Shown in pieces: positions 50,289 through 59,864 of a stretch of DNA of 64,000 nt. The notes under the pieces were generated by a model, which ran no database searches, was not told where the DNA came from, and was given only the letters and a program-made list of their open reading frames with translations. Location: the NCBI GenBank assembly GCA_964581635.1, contig CAZOPH010000002.1:7032-71031 (forward strand), given 5' to 3'. The position numbers and the translations under genes are program-made. This stretch comes from an uncultured Smithella sp. Its GTDB lineage: Bacteria; Desulfobacterota; Syntrophia; Syntrophales; Smithellaceae. Each line of letters starts with the position of its first letter. Positions within the stretch are counted from its first letter, which is position 1.

Positions 50289-51332
50289 TCACGATTTACT
50301 CTTACCCTTGGGAAACCTCTTCTGAAGTTCCGGAATTAGTTCTGTGCGAATGTGCTCCGAATCAACGTATTTTCGTTTATAGGCGCTGGAGAAACGTAAG
50401 ATACAGGTTGGTGTTTGATCGACTTCAAAGTGTTTGATCATCTCTGACCATTGATTAAAAGTGGGTTTGGGATCGATCACTTTTAAAGCAATATTCTTCG
50501 ATTTCAGGGCGGCCGCCAATACGTTTTCCTGATCTACGTTCTTTTGCCCGGCTAGATCAAAGAGAATATTTCTTGCCTTCAAGACATTTTGATAGCCTTT
50601 GTTCGAAGCGACAGCAGAAAGAAAATATTTTGCGTAGAGGGCTGTACCTTTATGACCTGGAAAATCGACAAAAGTGATCTTGATACCCCCTCTCACCATA
50701 AGTCTTTCAATCTCCGGTTCCAGGTCTTTTTCCATGGACTGGCAGGGAGGGCAAAAGTAATCTGTGAAAATAATGAGTTCCCAGGATCCTTTGCCATAGG
50801 AAACACTACTCGTATTGTCAGCAGCATAAGCCGGCGTTGCCGACCCGGAAAAGGAAAAGCTGACAAATATATAGCCGAGAAGCATCATGGCCAATAATGG
50901 AAGACGCTGCTGATTGATGAAAGGAATTTTTGCGTCGCCTAAGACATATATTAATTTCTGATACCACTTATTTCTCATGCTGGACCTTTCGTAATTGATA
51001 AGATACATCATTAAAACCAATATGCCAAAAGATAAGCAAAAGGGGCAGAAAACATTTTCCGACACTTGAAAAGAAACTAGAAATACTTCCACGCCAATGC
51101 CCGCCGCGACAAGCATGCGCATTAAATCCGCCTGCTTTAAAAGCGACAGAAGGATGATGAAGGCCATATATCCCACGCCAACATATTTTAGGTCGATGCC
51201 GAAAATATCACCCCGAAGGTAAGAGCAGGACGTATCGCAAACAGTGTAAAAAGCCATCAACACAACGCCAATGAGAGCCAGTATGATCGTAATAACTAAA
51301 CGGTGCTGAATAAGTAAACGGTATAGGTGCAT
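50289..51332 (-). CDS. VKOR-family membrane oxidoreductase fused to a DsbA/thioredoxin-like domain
   Basis: TM-embedded CPFC and loop CDTSC in the N-terminal 4-5 TM part. C-terminal FTDYFCPPCQ thioredoxin-fold motif. Confidence 0.78.
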   Translation of the reverse strand: MHLYRLLIQHRLVITIILALIGVVLMAFYTVCDTSCSYLRGDIFGIDLKYVGVGYMAFIILLSLLKQADLMRMLVAAGIGVEVFLVSFQVSENVFCPFCLSFGILVLMMYLINYERSSMRNKWYQKLIYVLGDAKIPFINQQRLPLLAMMLLGYIFVSFSFSGSATPAYAADNTSSVSYGKGSWELIIFTDYFCPPCQSMEKDLEPEIERLMVRGGIKITFVDFPGHKGTALYAKYFLSAVASNKGYQNVLKARNILFDLAGQKNVDQENVLAAALKSKNIALKVIDPKPTFNQWSEMIKHFEVDQTPTCILRFSSAYKRKYVDSEHIRTELIPELQKRFPKGKSKS

Positions 51333-51442
51333 CGGTTATTCTTTTTAAAAAGCATTTTACTCATTTTTATTAATTATAAATTTTGAGTATGGCAATGTCA
51401 ATACAATGTTCTAAAAATATTCTAAAATAAAGAATTATCGCC

Positions 51443-51471
51443 TTGACAAGGTTTATGTGCTTATTCATAGT
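51443..51471 (+). promoter_or_regulatory. Candidate sigma-70 promoter for recD
   Basis: TTGACA (51443-51448), 17-nt spacer, then CATAGT (51466-51471). Confidence 0.3.
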
Positions 51472-51501
51472 TGTCTTGGTAAGGCCTTAAAGGTGGGCGA
51501 C

Positions 51502-53373
51502 ATGATGATCAATGGCAGCATAAAGAAAAATATGGAGAGTATTTTTTCCTCATTCGATCTACAGATGGGGAAATTTATATCTTCCCTTGTCTCAGAAAAC
51601 AGAAATGACGTCAAACTGGCAGCCGCACTAGTCAGCCGTCAATTAAGAGACGGTCATGTTTGTGTGAATCTACCTGAATATGCAGGCAAGTCTTTCACGA
51701 CCGGTGATGATCAGATTGAAAGAGTGAAATTTCCGGAATTATCGACATGGCTGCAATCTTTAAAATTCTCGGATTGCGTTGGTGCCCCCGGTGATTTCAA
51801 GCCTATGATTTTGGATGAAGCGCATCGCCTGTATTTTCATCGTTACTGGCAATATGAACAAGACATAGCCGAATTCATACTTCGCTGCATACCGGTTCAA
51901 ATAGATCCGCTAACCTCCCCAAAATTAATTCGGGAAAGATTGCAATCCTATTTTCCGGAGATGTCTTTAGGTAAGATATCTTGGCCAAGTATCGCCGCTG
52001 CGGCAGCCTTGATGAGAAAATTTATGGTGATTACCGGCAGTCCGGGAACAGGCAAGACGACAGCCATTACACAAATCATGGCCTTTCTACTGGATACAAA
52101 GAAAAATCCGTTGCGTATTGCCCTGTGTGCCCCGACGGGGAAAGCCGCCGCGCGCCTCGAAGAGTCGGTCAAAAAAACAAAAGCGATACTCAACTGTCCT
52201 GCGGATGTTATAGATTGTATACCGGAAGAAGCCATGACGATTCATCGCCTTCTCGGCAGCATCAAGTATTCACCTTATTTTCATTTTAATGAAAATAACA
52301 CTTTGCCCTATGACCTTGTTGTAGTTGATGAATCCTCTATGGTTGATTTACCGCTCGCGGCGAAACTGATGACGGCACTTGCTCCCGACGCACAGTTAAT
52401 TTTGTTGGGGGACAAGGATCAACTGGCATCCGTCGAGACCGGCGCTGTCTTGGGAAGTATCTGCTTTCCTGACCCAATAAATTTTTTTTCCAAGACCTTT
52501 GGACAACAGTTGTCTGAAATATGCGGTGAAAAGACAGAAGTGTCAGATGCGTTGCCCGGTGTCCAGGACTGCATTATCGAGCTGAAACAGAATTATCGTT
52601 TTTCTGAAGCAAGTGGCATTGGACATTTGAGCCGAGCAGTGAAAGAGGGTGATGCGCTGCATTCTCTTGCATTAATCAATGCCGAAACATTTTCAGACAT
52701 TTGCTTATCTGAAATTTCCAGCACCGAAGACATAATTTTACTTCTGAAAGAAAAGGTCGTGAAGTCTTATCGGGAATATTTTCAGACTGTCAAATCCGTT
52801 TCACTGCGAGCAGGGGATGTTTTTGACCAATTCGAAACATTTCGCGTCCTGTGCGCATTGAGAGTCGGTTTATGGGGGTCTCAACGTATGAATGATCTAA
52901 TCGAAAGACTTCTTGCCGAATCAGGCCTGATCAATCTTACGTCTCAGTATTATGAAGGACGGCCGATCATGGTTGTGCAAAATGATTACCGTCTGAAATT
53001 ATTCAATGGAGATGTCGGAATTGTTCTGAGAGACCCTGCTGATCAAGAAAAACTCAAGGTTTTTTTCCGTGATCAAAAAGAGGGCCTGAGGAGTATAGCT
53101 CCCGAAAGACTTCCCCCGTGTGAAACCGTCTGGGCGATGACGGTTCATAAAAGCCAGGGGTCGGAATTTGATAAGGTTGTGCTTATTCTGTCGGATAGTG
53201 ATGTTCCGGTTTTGACCCGGGAATTGCTCTATACGGGCATTACCCGCGCACGTTTTTATGTGGACATATGGACATCCAGGGACGTATTCATGAAAACAAT
53301 TCAAAAGAAGATACTCAGACAATCCGGATTGACGGACGCCATCAAATCTCCATGGAAAGTAACTGCCAAATAA
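51502..53373 (+). CDS. recD: Exodeoxyribonuclease V alpha subunit
   Basis: Walker A ITGSPGTGKTT, Walker B VVVDESSMVD, LILLGDKDQLASVE, MTVHKSQGSEF. ATG 51502 has an AAGGTGG SD. The track ORF opens at GTG 51457, inside the candidate promoter. Confidence 0.92.
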   Translation: MMINGSIKKNMESIFSSFDLQMGKFISSLVSENRNDVKLAAALVSRQLRDGHVCVNLPEYAGKSFTTGDDQIERVKFPELSTWLQSLKFSDCVGAPGDFKPMILDEAHRLYFHRYWQYEQDIAEFILRCIPVQIDPLTSPKLIRERLQSYFPEMSLGKISWPSIAAAAALMRKFMVITGSPGTGKTTAITQIMAFLLDTKKNPLRIALCAPTGKAAARLEESVKKTKAILNCPADVIDCIPEEAMTIHRLLGSIKYSPYFHFNENNTLPYDLVVVDESSMVDLPLAAKLMTALAPDAQLILLGDKDQLASVETGAVLGSICFPDPINFFSKTFGQQLSEICGEKTEVSDALPGVQDCIIELKQNYRFSEASGIGHLSRAVKEGDALHSLALINAETFSDICLSEISSTEDIILLLKEKVVKSYREYFQTVKSVSLRAGDVFDQFETFRVLCALRVGLWGSQRMNDLIERLLAESGLINLTSQYYEGRPIMVVQNDYRLKLFNGDVGIVLRDPADQEKLKVFFRDQKEGLRSIAPERLPPCETVWAMTVHKSQGSEFDKVVLILSDSDVPVLTRELLYTGITRARFYVDIWTSRDVFMKTIQKKILRQSGLTDAIKSPWKVTAK

Positions 53374-53443
53374 ATCAATAATATTCATGTCATACCATTG
53401 TAAGATCCTGCAGTGATTTTATTTAAATTATTCTCGATAAATC

Positions 53444-53472
53444 TTGACAATTACTAGGCAATCCATTAGCCT
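53444..53472 (+). promoter_or_regulatory. Candidate sigma-70 promoter for the PTS-rimI-pyrKD gene string
   Basis: TTGACA (53444-53449), 17-nt spacer, then TAGCCT. Confidence 0.28.
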
Positions 53473-53563
53473 ACCGACTTGTTTTTGAGGATCATTGCAG
53501 GCATTTGAACCCATTTTGCGCCAACGTAATGTTCCTTGTGCTTTCAAAAGAGGGGAGACAATA

Positions 53564-53974
53564 ATGATTGGTGTACTTATAACAACCCACGGGAATCTGG
53601 GGAATGAGTTGATTCATGCAGCGGAATCCATAAAAGGAAAATTAAAAGACGTTATGCATGTTTGCGTAGAACAGACCAAAGGCGTGGAAGATTTAAAAAA
53701 GGAAATCCAAAACGCGATCAAAAAACTGGATCAAGGCAAAGGTGTCTTGATTCTGACCGATCTTTTCGGTGGCACACCTTCGAATATTTCCCTGTCTTTC
53801 ATGAAAGAAGGTAAAGTGGAAGTGGTTACAGGGGTTAATCTGCCGATGCTACTTAAGCTATCGGACGTTAAAGAAGAAACTACCCTAAATGAGTTTGCCT
53901 GTTTTATTAAGGATTACGGGAAAAAGAATATTTCTCTGGCCAGTGAAATATTAAGTAAAAAAGCAATTGGGTGA
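53564..53974 (+). CDS. PTS mannose-family EIIA component
   Basis: MIGVLITTHGNLG (phospho-His context). AGGGGAG SD upstream of ATG 53564. Confidence 0.87.
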   Translation: MIGVLITTHGNLGNELIHAAESIKGKLKDVMHVCVEQTKGVEDLKKEIQNAIKKLDQGKGVLILTDLFGGTPSNISLSFMKEGKVEVVTGVNLPMLLKLSDVKEETTLNEFACFIKDYGKKNISLASEILSKKAIG

Positions 53975-53996
53975 TCAATTGGCGGAATCTTACGAC

Positions 53997-54491
53997 ATGG
54001 CCCTGGTGCGGGTGGACAACAGACTGGTTCACGGCCAGATTCTGGAAGCCTGGGTGCCATTTATTCAAGCGAAATGCATTATGGTCGTGGATGATAACGC
54101 TGCCAGTGATTTTTTCTGTGAGACCGTCATTCGGATGGCCGTTCCCAGTGAAATCGAAATCAATATCTGTTCTGTGGAGGATTTTATCGCAAATTATGTT
54201 TACGCTCAGGGCAAGGGCAAAAAGACAATCGTATTATTTAGAAATATTGCCGATGCCGTGAGAGCCTATTCAGAGGGATTTCATTTTAAAAAACTTAACA
54301 TTGGTAATATCCATCATGAAGACTATAAAGTCTGTTGCGCACCATCTGTGTTCCTATGTGAACCGGAAATTCAGGATGTCTTAAAGTTATTGGAGGACAA
54401 AGGCGTCGCTGTAGAACTGAAAAGAGTTCCCAGAGAAAAAGCCGTAAATATCAGAGAAGCTTTGAAGGAGTTTCGCCCAGTAGAACAATAG
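53997..54491 (+). CDS. PTS mannose/sorbose-family EIIB component
   Basis: MALVRVDNRLVHGQILEAWV (the DxRLxHGQ phospho-His motif). An alternative TTG start lies at 53967. Confidence 0.87.
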   Translation: MALVRVDNRLVHGQILEAWVPFIQAKCIMVVDDNAASDFFCETVIRMAVPSEIEINICSVEDFIANYVYAQGKGKKTIVLFRNIADAVRAYSEGFHFKKLNIGNIHHEDYKVCCAPSVFLCEPEIQDVLKLLEDKGVAVELKRVPREKAVNIREALKEFRPVEQ

Positions 54492-54507
54492 TGAGGTAAG
54501 AACGATA

Positions 54508-55203
54508 TTGTTTTTAAAAATCATTCTCATATCTTTTGTCGGCGGCCTCCTTTCTCTTGATCGTATATTCATTCAGGCCATGATTTCCCGGCCGATCGTC
54601 ATTGCCCCTGTCATTGGCAGTATTCTTGGAGATCCTTACACAGGACTGATCATCGGCGCGGTTCTCGAGCTGTTCTGGATTGACCGCGTTCCCATTGGCA
54701 TTTATATTCCTCCCAATGATTCCATTGCTGCAGCGATGGCGGCATCAACTGCGATATTGACCAGTCAAACACTGGGAATCGTCTCAAAAGAACTGATAGC
54801 CCTGTCGATCCTTCTTGCGATTCCTTTCGGCATCCTGGCAAAAAAGATGGATGTTAAAATTGTCGAGTCCAATAATGTTCTTTCGGATCAAGCACTGGAT
54901 GATGCCAAAGCGCTCAATATACGGGCCATAGAAAGAAAAACCCACCTGGGGCTGGCCAAAGTATCCATTTTTTATATTGTCCTGCTTTTCATTTTACAGC
55001 TGATCTTCATTCCCGTGATGATCTGGATTTATCCGAAAATGCCGGCTCAGGTCAATGCCATGCTTTCCCTGACTTATTATTTTCTGCCGCTTGTGGGCAT
55101 TGCTGTTGCGCTCAATACCATTAAGCTGCGTAGAGCAATTCCCGTTTTTTGCGCGATATTTTTAGTTGTTGTCATGGCTATGGAATTTTTCCATGTCTTC
55201 TGA
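54508..55203 (+). CDS. PTS mannose/sorbose-family EIIC membrane component
   Basis: 231 aa, polytopic, EII-Sor-like N-terminus. TTG start with a GAGGT SD. No IID gene follows. Confidence 0.82.
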   Translation: MFLKIILISFVGGLLSLDRIFIQAMISRPIVIAPVIGSILGDPYTGLIIGAVLELFWIDRVPIGIYIPPNDSIAAAMAASTAILTSQTLGIVSKELIALSILLAIPFGILAKKMDVKIVESNNVLSDQALDDAKALNIRAIERKTHLGLAKVSIFYIVLLFILQLIFIPVMIWIYPKMPAQVNAMLSLTYYFLPLVGIAVALNTIKLRRAIPVFCAIFLVVVMAMEFFHVF

Positions 55204-55687
55204 AAACACAAAACAGCAAATCAGCGTCGATCTGATGAAAAAGGAAGATCTGCCGGAAATACTGGCGATTGAAGTAACATCATTTCCGACACCTTGGACG
55301 GAAGGCATGTTTCTCGATGAACTCAGAACAGCACACGCTCAGTGCATGGTCATTAAAATTGAAATCGAAGGGAAAACACTTATCGCCGCCTATATTATTT
55401 TCTGGCTGGTGGCCGATGAAGTTCATTTGCACAATTTGGCGGTCAAAAATGAATTTCGCAAGCAGGGGCTGGCTTCCAGTATGATGAAATTAATGAATCA
55501 TATTGGGGCGCAGGTCGGGATGACCCAACAGACTCTGGAAGTTCGCGAATCAAACCAGGAGGCAATAAATCTTTACCGTAAATGCGGTTTTGTAGTAAAA
55601 GGAAAACGTCTTCACTATTACACTGACACGCATGAGAATGCTCTGGTAATGTGGGCGGAGATCCAACAGGAAAGCAAAAATGGCTAA
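55193..55687 (+). CDS. rimI: Ribosomal-protein-alanine N-acetyltransferase (GNAT)
   Basis: DLPEILAIEVTSFPTPWTEGMF and HLHNLAVKNEFRKQGLAS (acetyl-CoA site Q/RxxGxA). Confidence 0.85.
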   Translation: MSSENTKQQISVDLMKKEDLPEILAIEVTSFPTPWTEGMFLDELRTAHAQCMVIKIEIEGKTLIAAYIIFWLVADEVHLHNLAVKNEFRKQGLASSMMKLMNHIGAQVGMTQQTLEVRESNQEAINLYRKCGFVVKGKRLHYYTDTHENALVMWAEIQQESKNG

Positions 55688-56495
55688 AGATATTTACATT
55701 GGAGAAGTATCCTATAACGAAGAACTTCAGATCGACTATTTTCTGATGAAAGTGAAGTTGCCTTCAAGTTTTACAGAACCCTTACCAGGGCAGTTTGTGA
55801 TGATCCGTATCGCCGGTTTACAAGACCCGTTTCTATCGCGACCTATCAGCATTTATTCATATACGCGCAGCAAATCGAATTGCGCCATTGAACTTCTTTA
55901 TCGCGTGGTGGGCAAGGGAACGCAAATACTGGCAGGATTGATTAAAGGATCTCAGGTCGAAATATCTGGGCCGCTAGGTGGAAGCTATACCATTGATCCG
56001 GCGAAAAAGAATATCGTCTTCATTGCCGGAGGCATCGGCATTGCTCCACTGTCCTGGCTGGCTCAATACCTTTGTAGGAAAAAAGGTCTGACCGGACAGA
56101 CCATGACATTTTACCTGGGTGTGCAAACAGCCGAAGCGGTTGTCGGTCTCGATCGTATTCAAAAACTCTGTTACAATATTACCGTGTGTACAGACGATGG
56201 AAGTCTGGGAGCAAAGGCATTAGTTACCAGGATATTCCAAAAAGATGTTAAAAGATATTCTCCTTCTAATACAATTATTTATGCTTGCGGACCTAAAGCG
56301 ATGCTTCAATCATTGTCCACGATTTTATCCGGCGAATATGCCTGTCAGGTGTCGCTGGAAGAACGCATGGCCTGCGGTGTCGGCGCCTGCATGGGCTGCG
56401 CCGTAGCCATCAAAGACGAAAAGGGTGGTAAGATTTACAACCGTGTGTGTGCCGATGGTCCTGTATTTGAACTGAAAGATGTGATCTGGGAATAG
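55680..56495 (+). CDS. pyrK: Dihydroorotate dehydrogenase (class 1B) electron-transfer subunit
   Basis: FNR-like fold, RPISI FAD motif, C-terminal 2Fe-2S ligands CGVGACMGCAV...C. 8-nt overlap with rimI. Confidence 0.9.
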   Translation: MAKDIYIGEVSYNEELQIDYFLMKVKLPSSFTEPLPGQFVMIRIAGLQDPFLSRPISIYSYTRSKSNCAIELLYRVVGKGTQILAGLIKGSQVEISGPLGGSYTIDPAKKNIVFIAGGIGIAPLSWLAQYLCRKKGLTGQTMTFYLGVQTAEAVVGLDRIQKLCYNITVCTDDGSLGAKALVTRIFQKDVKRYSPSNTIIYACGPKAMLQSLSTILSGEYACQVSLEERMACGVGACMGCAVAIKDEKGGKIYNRVCADGPVFELKDVIWE

Positions 56496-56523
56496 AAAGT
56501 ATATATTAAAGGGGTATCCTCTC

Positions 56524-57456
56524 TTGAAAAGAGCGAACAAAACAGATGCAGCCATGGCCGTTGAGATCGCCGGGATAAAAATGAAAAATCCGGTTATGAC
56601 GGCGTCCGGAACATTCGGCTGTGGAGAAGATTATGCCGATTATGTGAATTTAAACCGGCTGGGTGGCATCGTGGTAAAAGGTCTTTCACTTAAACCCCGC
56701 CCGGGCAATCCGCCGCCGCGTATCATGGAGACGGCGGGAGGTATGCTCAACGCCGTAGGCCTGCAGAATATAGGCGTGGACGCGTTTATCGAAGAGAAGC
56801 TTCCCTTCTTGCAGCAGTATCGAATCGCCGTTATTGCCAACATCTACGGCGAAAGCTACACGGACTATGCCCAGGTTGCCGGGAAACTGAGCAAGGCCGG
56901 GGGTGTTGATGCTTTGGAAGTCAATGTTTCCTGTCCGAACGTGAAAAAGGGCGGATTGAGTTTTGGCTCCGATCCGAAGGCAGCGGCGGAAGTTACAAGG
57001 CGCGTAAAAGCCGAAACGCATCTGCCTGTAATCGTTAAACTGACGCCCAACGTCACGGATGTTGCTGTTGTTGCTAGGGCTGTGGAAGAAGCAGGCGCGG
57101 ATGCGGTCTCCCTGATCAATACCTTAACCGGCATGTCCATTGATCTTAAAACTCGAACCCCTCATTTAAAAAATATTACCGGCGGCTTGTCGGGTCCAGC
57201 CATTAAACCGGTTGCACTGAGGATGGTCTGGCAGGTGGCGCAAAGGGTTGCCATTCCTGTTATCGGCATCGGCGGTATTATGACGGCCACAGACGCGCTG
57301 GAATTTATGGTGGCCGGGGCAAAAGCAGTGCAAATCGGCACGGCCAATTTTATCAATCCCCGAGCGACGATGGAAATTATTGACGGTATGCAGCGCTATT
57401 TGCAGGAAAATAACATGAAAAGCATCAACGATATTGTCGGGACGCTGCGTCTATAA
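56524..57456 (+). CDS. pyrD: Dihydroorotate dehydrogenase (class 1B) catalytic subunit
   Basis: KNPVMTASGTFG, catalytic NVSCPNVK, GGLSGPAIKP, IGIGGI. TTG 56524 has an AAGGGG SD. An alternative ATG lies at 56554. Confidence 0.93.
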   Translation: MKRANKTDAAMAVEIAGIKMKNPVMTASGTFGCGEDYADYVNLNRLGGIVVKGLSLKPRPGNPPPRIMETAGGMLNAVGLQNIGVDAFIEEKLPFLQQYRIAVIANIYGESYTDYAQVAGKLSKAGGVDALEVNVSCPNVKKGGLSFGSDPKAAAEVTRRVKAETHLPVIVKLTPNVTDVAVVARAVEEAGADAVSLINTLTGMSIDLKTRTPHLKNITGGLSGPAIKPVALRMVWQVAQRVAIPVIGIGGIMTATDALEFMVAGAKAVQIGTANFINPRATMEIIDGMQRYLQENNMKSINDIVGTLRL

Positions 57457-57459
57457 GAT

Positions 57460-58146
57460 ATGAGGATGAAAGCGGAGGAAATCTTAAGCGGTGTTTATCT
57501 GATCGGAGGACCCAATGTCACCCAGGCTGATGATGCAGCCGTTTATCTGGTCGATTTTCAAGGCGATCTGGTTTTGATTGATGCGGGGTCCGGAAGAAGT
57601 TCGTCGCAGTTGGTCCGCAATATTGAAATGCTGGGGTTGATTCCTACGCTTGTGTCTCATGTAATTCTGACGCACTGTCACATCGACCATATCGGATCCG
57701 CGCCTTTCTTTCGCGAAAAACACGGAGCGAAAATTGTCATTCATGAGCTCGACGCAAAAGCGCTGGAAACTGGTGATTCCATCCGGACTGCAGCCAACTG
57801 GTACGGCACGACGTTTCCACCGACGAAGATCGACCGGAAATTAACAGGTGCGCAGGAGATATTGAAATTCGGCAACGAAGACCTGCACTGCCTGCACACC
57901 CCCGGACACACACCTGGTTCCATTGCCGTCTATCTGGACAGGTCGGGCCAACGAGTCTTGTTCGGCCAGGATATCCACGGTCCGTTCCATAAAGCATTTG
58001 GTTCGGATATCGATGCCTGGAAGAAATCTATGCAAACCCTGCTTGCCCTTGAAGCCGACATCCTGTGTGAGGGCCATTTCGGAATTTTTCAGCCAAAAAA
58101 TAAAGCAAGAGCATATATCGAAAGGTATCTCGAAGAGTATCAGTGA
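57460..58146 (+). CDS. MBL-fold metallo-hydrolase
   Basis: THCHIDHIGS (HxHxDH), later HTPGHTPGS and the C-terminal His of the fold. Confidence 0.87.
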   Translation: MRMKAEEILSGVYLIGGPNVTQADDAAVYLVDFQGDLVLIDAGSGRSSSQLVRNIEMLGLIPTLVSHVILTHCHIDHIGSAPFFREKHGAKIVIHELDAKALETGDSIRTAANWYGTTFPPTKIDRKLTGAQEILKFGNEDLHCLHTPGHTPGSIAVYLDRSGQRVLFGQDIHGPFHKAFGSDIDAWKKSMQTLLALEADILCEGHFGIFQPKNKARAYIERYLEEYQ

Positions 58147-58365
58147 GTTCTGAACGGTTGCATCTGAATCGATGTACTTCTTCCTCTTTGCCCTCACACT
58201 TTCCTATCTTGTACTACCTTACACTCGGTAATTATCAGCACTGAGCAGATTGCCTGATCCGTGGTCACGACTCGTCCGGACAGGTATGCCGACGACTGGG
58301 TCTAAGCCAAAATTCTATAAGCAGGAATATGAGAAGCTGATTGACAAGTACCGCTTTTCAAATAG

Positions 58366-58677
58366 AATGGAAGCAGGATTCAACTGACTGTAGAAATAAT
58401 TGAGCAGCTCAGAAAGGAATATTTACAGATCCCACGAAATGTAATCAGAGGAGGAACAATTCCATATCCGGTGATCAATGCCGGGGTGCTGACACGCGGG
58501 CAACTTATGGTCGTCACGACGGACGGCAAAACGCTTTACCTCAAAGCAGGAGATCCGATCGTCGAGGTGGTGAACACGGCACACTATGGTATTAATCACG
58601 GAAGCGATCCTGCAGAAATTATCGTCTTTTATGCAGGAATCATTGGCAGCCCGATAACCATTACTGAAGAGCGATAA
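58366..58677 (+). pseudogene. Degenerate or truncated cupin-domain remnant
   Basis: The open frame after TAG 58363-58365 reads ...[68 protein letters not shown]. The cupin beta-barrel pattern is present, but the usual HxH metal ligands read IPY. There is no ATG with an SD; only GTG 58471 is available. Confidence 0.35.
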
Positions 58678-58812
58678 TTTCCATTCGTCTATCTGACCAC
58701 CTGAATAGAACATTATCTGGCATTTTCCGAAAATGGGTAAATCGATTCCTGTACTCCACAAATCGTCATCCATGACTTAAATGCTAGACTTCCATTCGTA
58801 ATAAACACAATT

Positions 58813-58840
58813 CACAGCCCACATTTTGTGGCTGTTTATC
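58813..58840 (+). terminator. Possible weak terminator hairpin between convergent genes
   Basis: cacagcccac-atttt-gtggctgt (8 bp with one bulge) followed by ttatcgtt. The U-tract is modest. Confidence 0.3.
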
Positions 58841-58920
58841 GTTGACAAACAAAAGCGCGTTTCTCATGCTCCATCTTCAGAAAAAGGAAGCTTTGATCAA
58901 AAACCTACGCAAATATTTTC

Positions 58921-59361
58921 TCATCCTTTGATTGTTTCGCACTGGCGGCATTTTCTGGCCCCACGAAAAAGCTTGGTGCCACAATTATCGCAGGAAAAAA
59001 GTTTTTCTTCAGCTTTGACAAATGCCTCTGTGCCCAGCTCTTTCAAGCGCGGGATGGCACGCAGAATATTTTTCTTGCCCTCTGGCACCGGGAAATTATC
59101 AATTTTATCACAGGGGAAACTAGCGCATTGATAGCAACCGAGATAACCCTTTTCTATAGTGCAGCTTTTAATGGCACAAACGGCACAATACCAGTAAACC
59201 GAATCAGAAAGACAGCCCTTACAATTAATTTTATCCGGAGTGTCGCCGTATGCTTTGGCCAATTTCTCCTTTAACTGCTCATCACCACTTTCTGTTGCGC
59301 AATATATGCCGCAAACACCACAATAAAGACCGCATGGGGCAACTAATTCCTGATTGATCAT
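58921..59361 (-). CDS. DUF3795 Cys-rich protein
   Basis: APCGLYCGVCGIYC ... CKGC ... CAIKSC ... CYQCASFPC pattern. Confidence 0.82.
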   Translation of the reverse strand: MINQELVAPCGLYCGVCGIYCATESGDEQLKEKLAKAYGDTPDKINCKGCLSDSVYWYCAVCAIKSCTIEKGYLGCYQCASFPCDKIDNFPVPEGKKNILRAIPRLKELGTEAFVKAEEKLFSCDNCGTKLFRGARKCRQCETIKG

Positions 59362-59864
59362 CTCTATCTCCTGATTTTTTCAAATATTTGTTTATTTATA
59401 ACAAATCTTTCTAACAGATCACCATACTTGACCATTCCCACAAAGGTTATTCATCCTGTAGTGTCACGAATTTAGAATATGAATTTTCTATTTCGATATC
59501 CATAACAACTGGCTTTAAATTTGTCAGAGACAAGTATAGGTTAAAATATATTACCACTTATTTTGTTTTTTACTGATAAATTTAACATTAATGTGCCATG
59601 GATTTTCAACCACCCTGCACAATGTCTGACAGGCTAAAGTTTGTCGAATATATTATTTCTTGTTCCAACCGTCCACAACTTAGCCACTGGCGTTATTGGA
59701 TGTAGATCTATAATTATCAATTTTTCACTACTATTATAAATTGGGTAAAAAACGAGTCCATGAAGCGAAAATAATCTTTCTTATCCGGTATCAGTATTTT
59801 AGGACTTGACTTTATAAATTACATATGTTGCATTACATGCGTATTTTAAAGTTGAGGAAATTGT

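Noticed and set aside
58423-58773. 116-aa minus-strand ORF in the debris region
   Set aside because: It overlaps, in antisense, the only frame with recognisable (cupin) similarity. It has no SD or family features.
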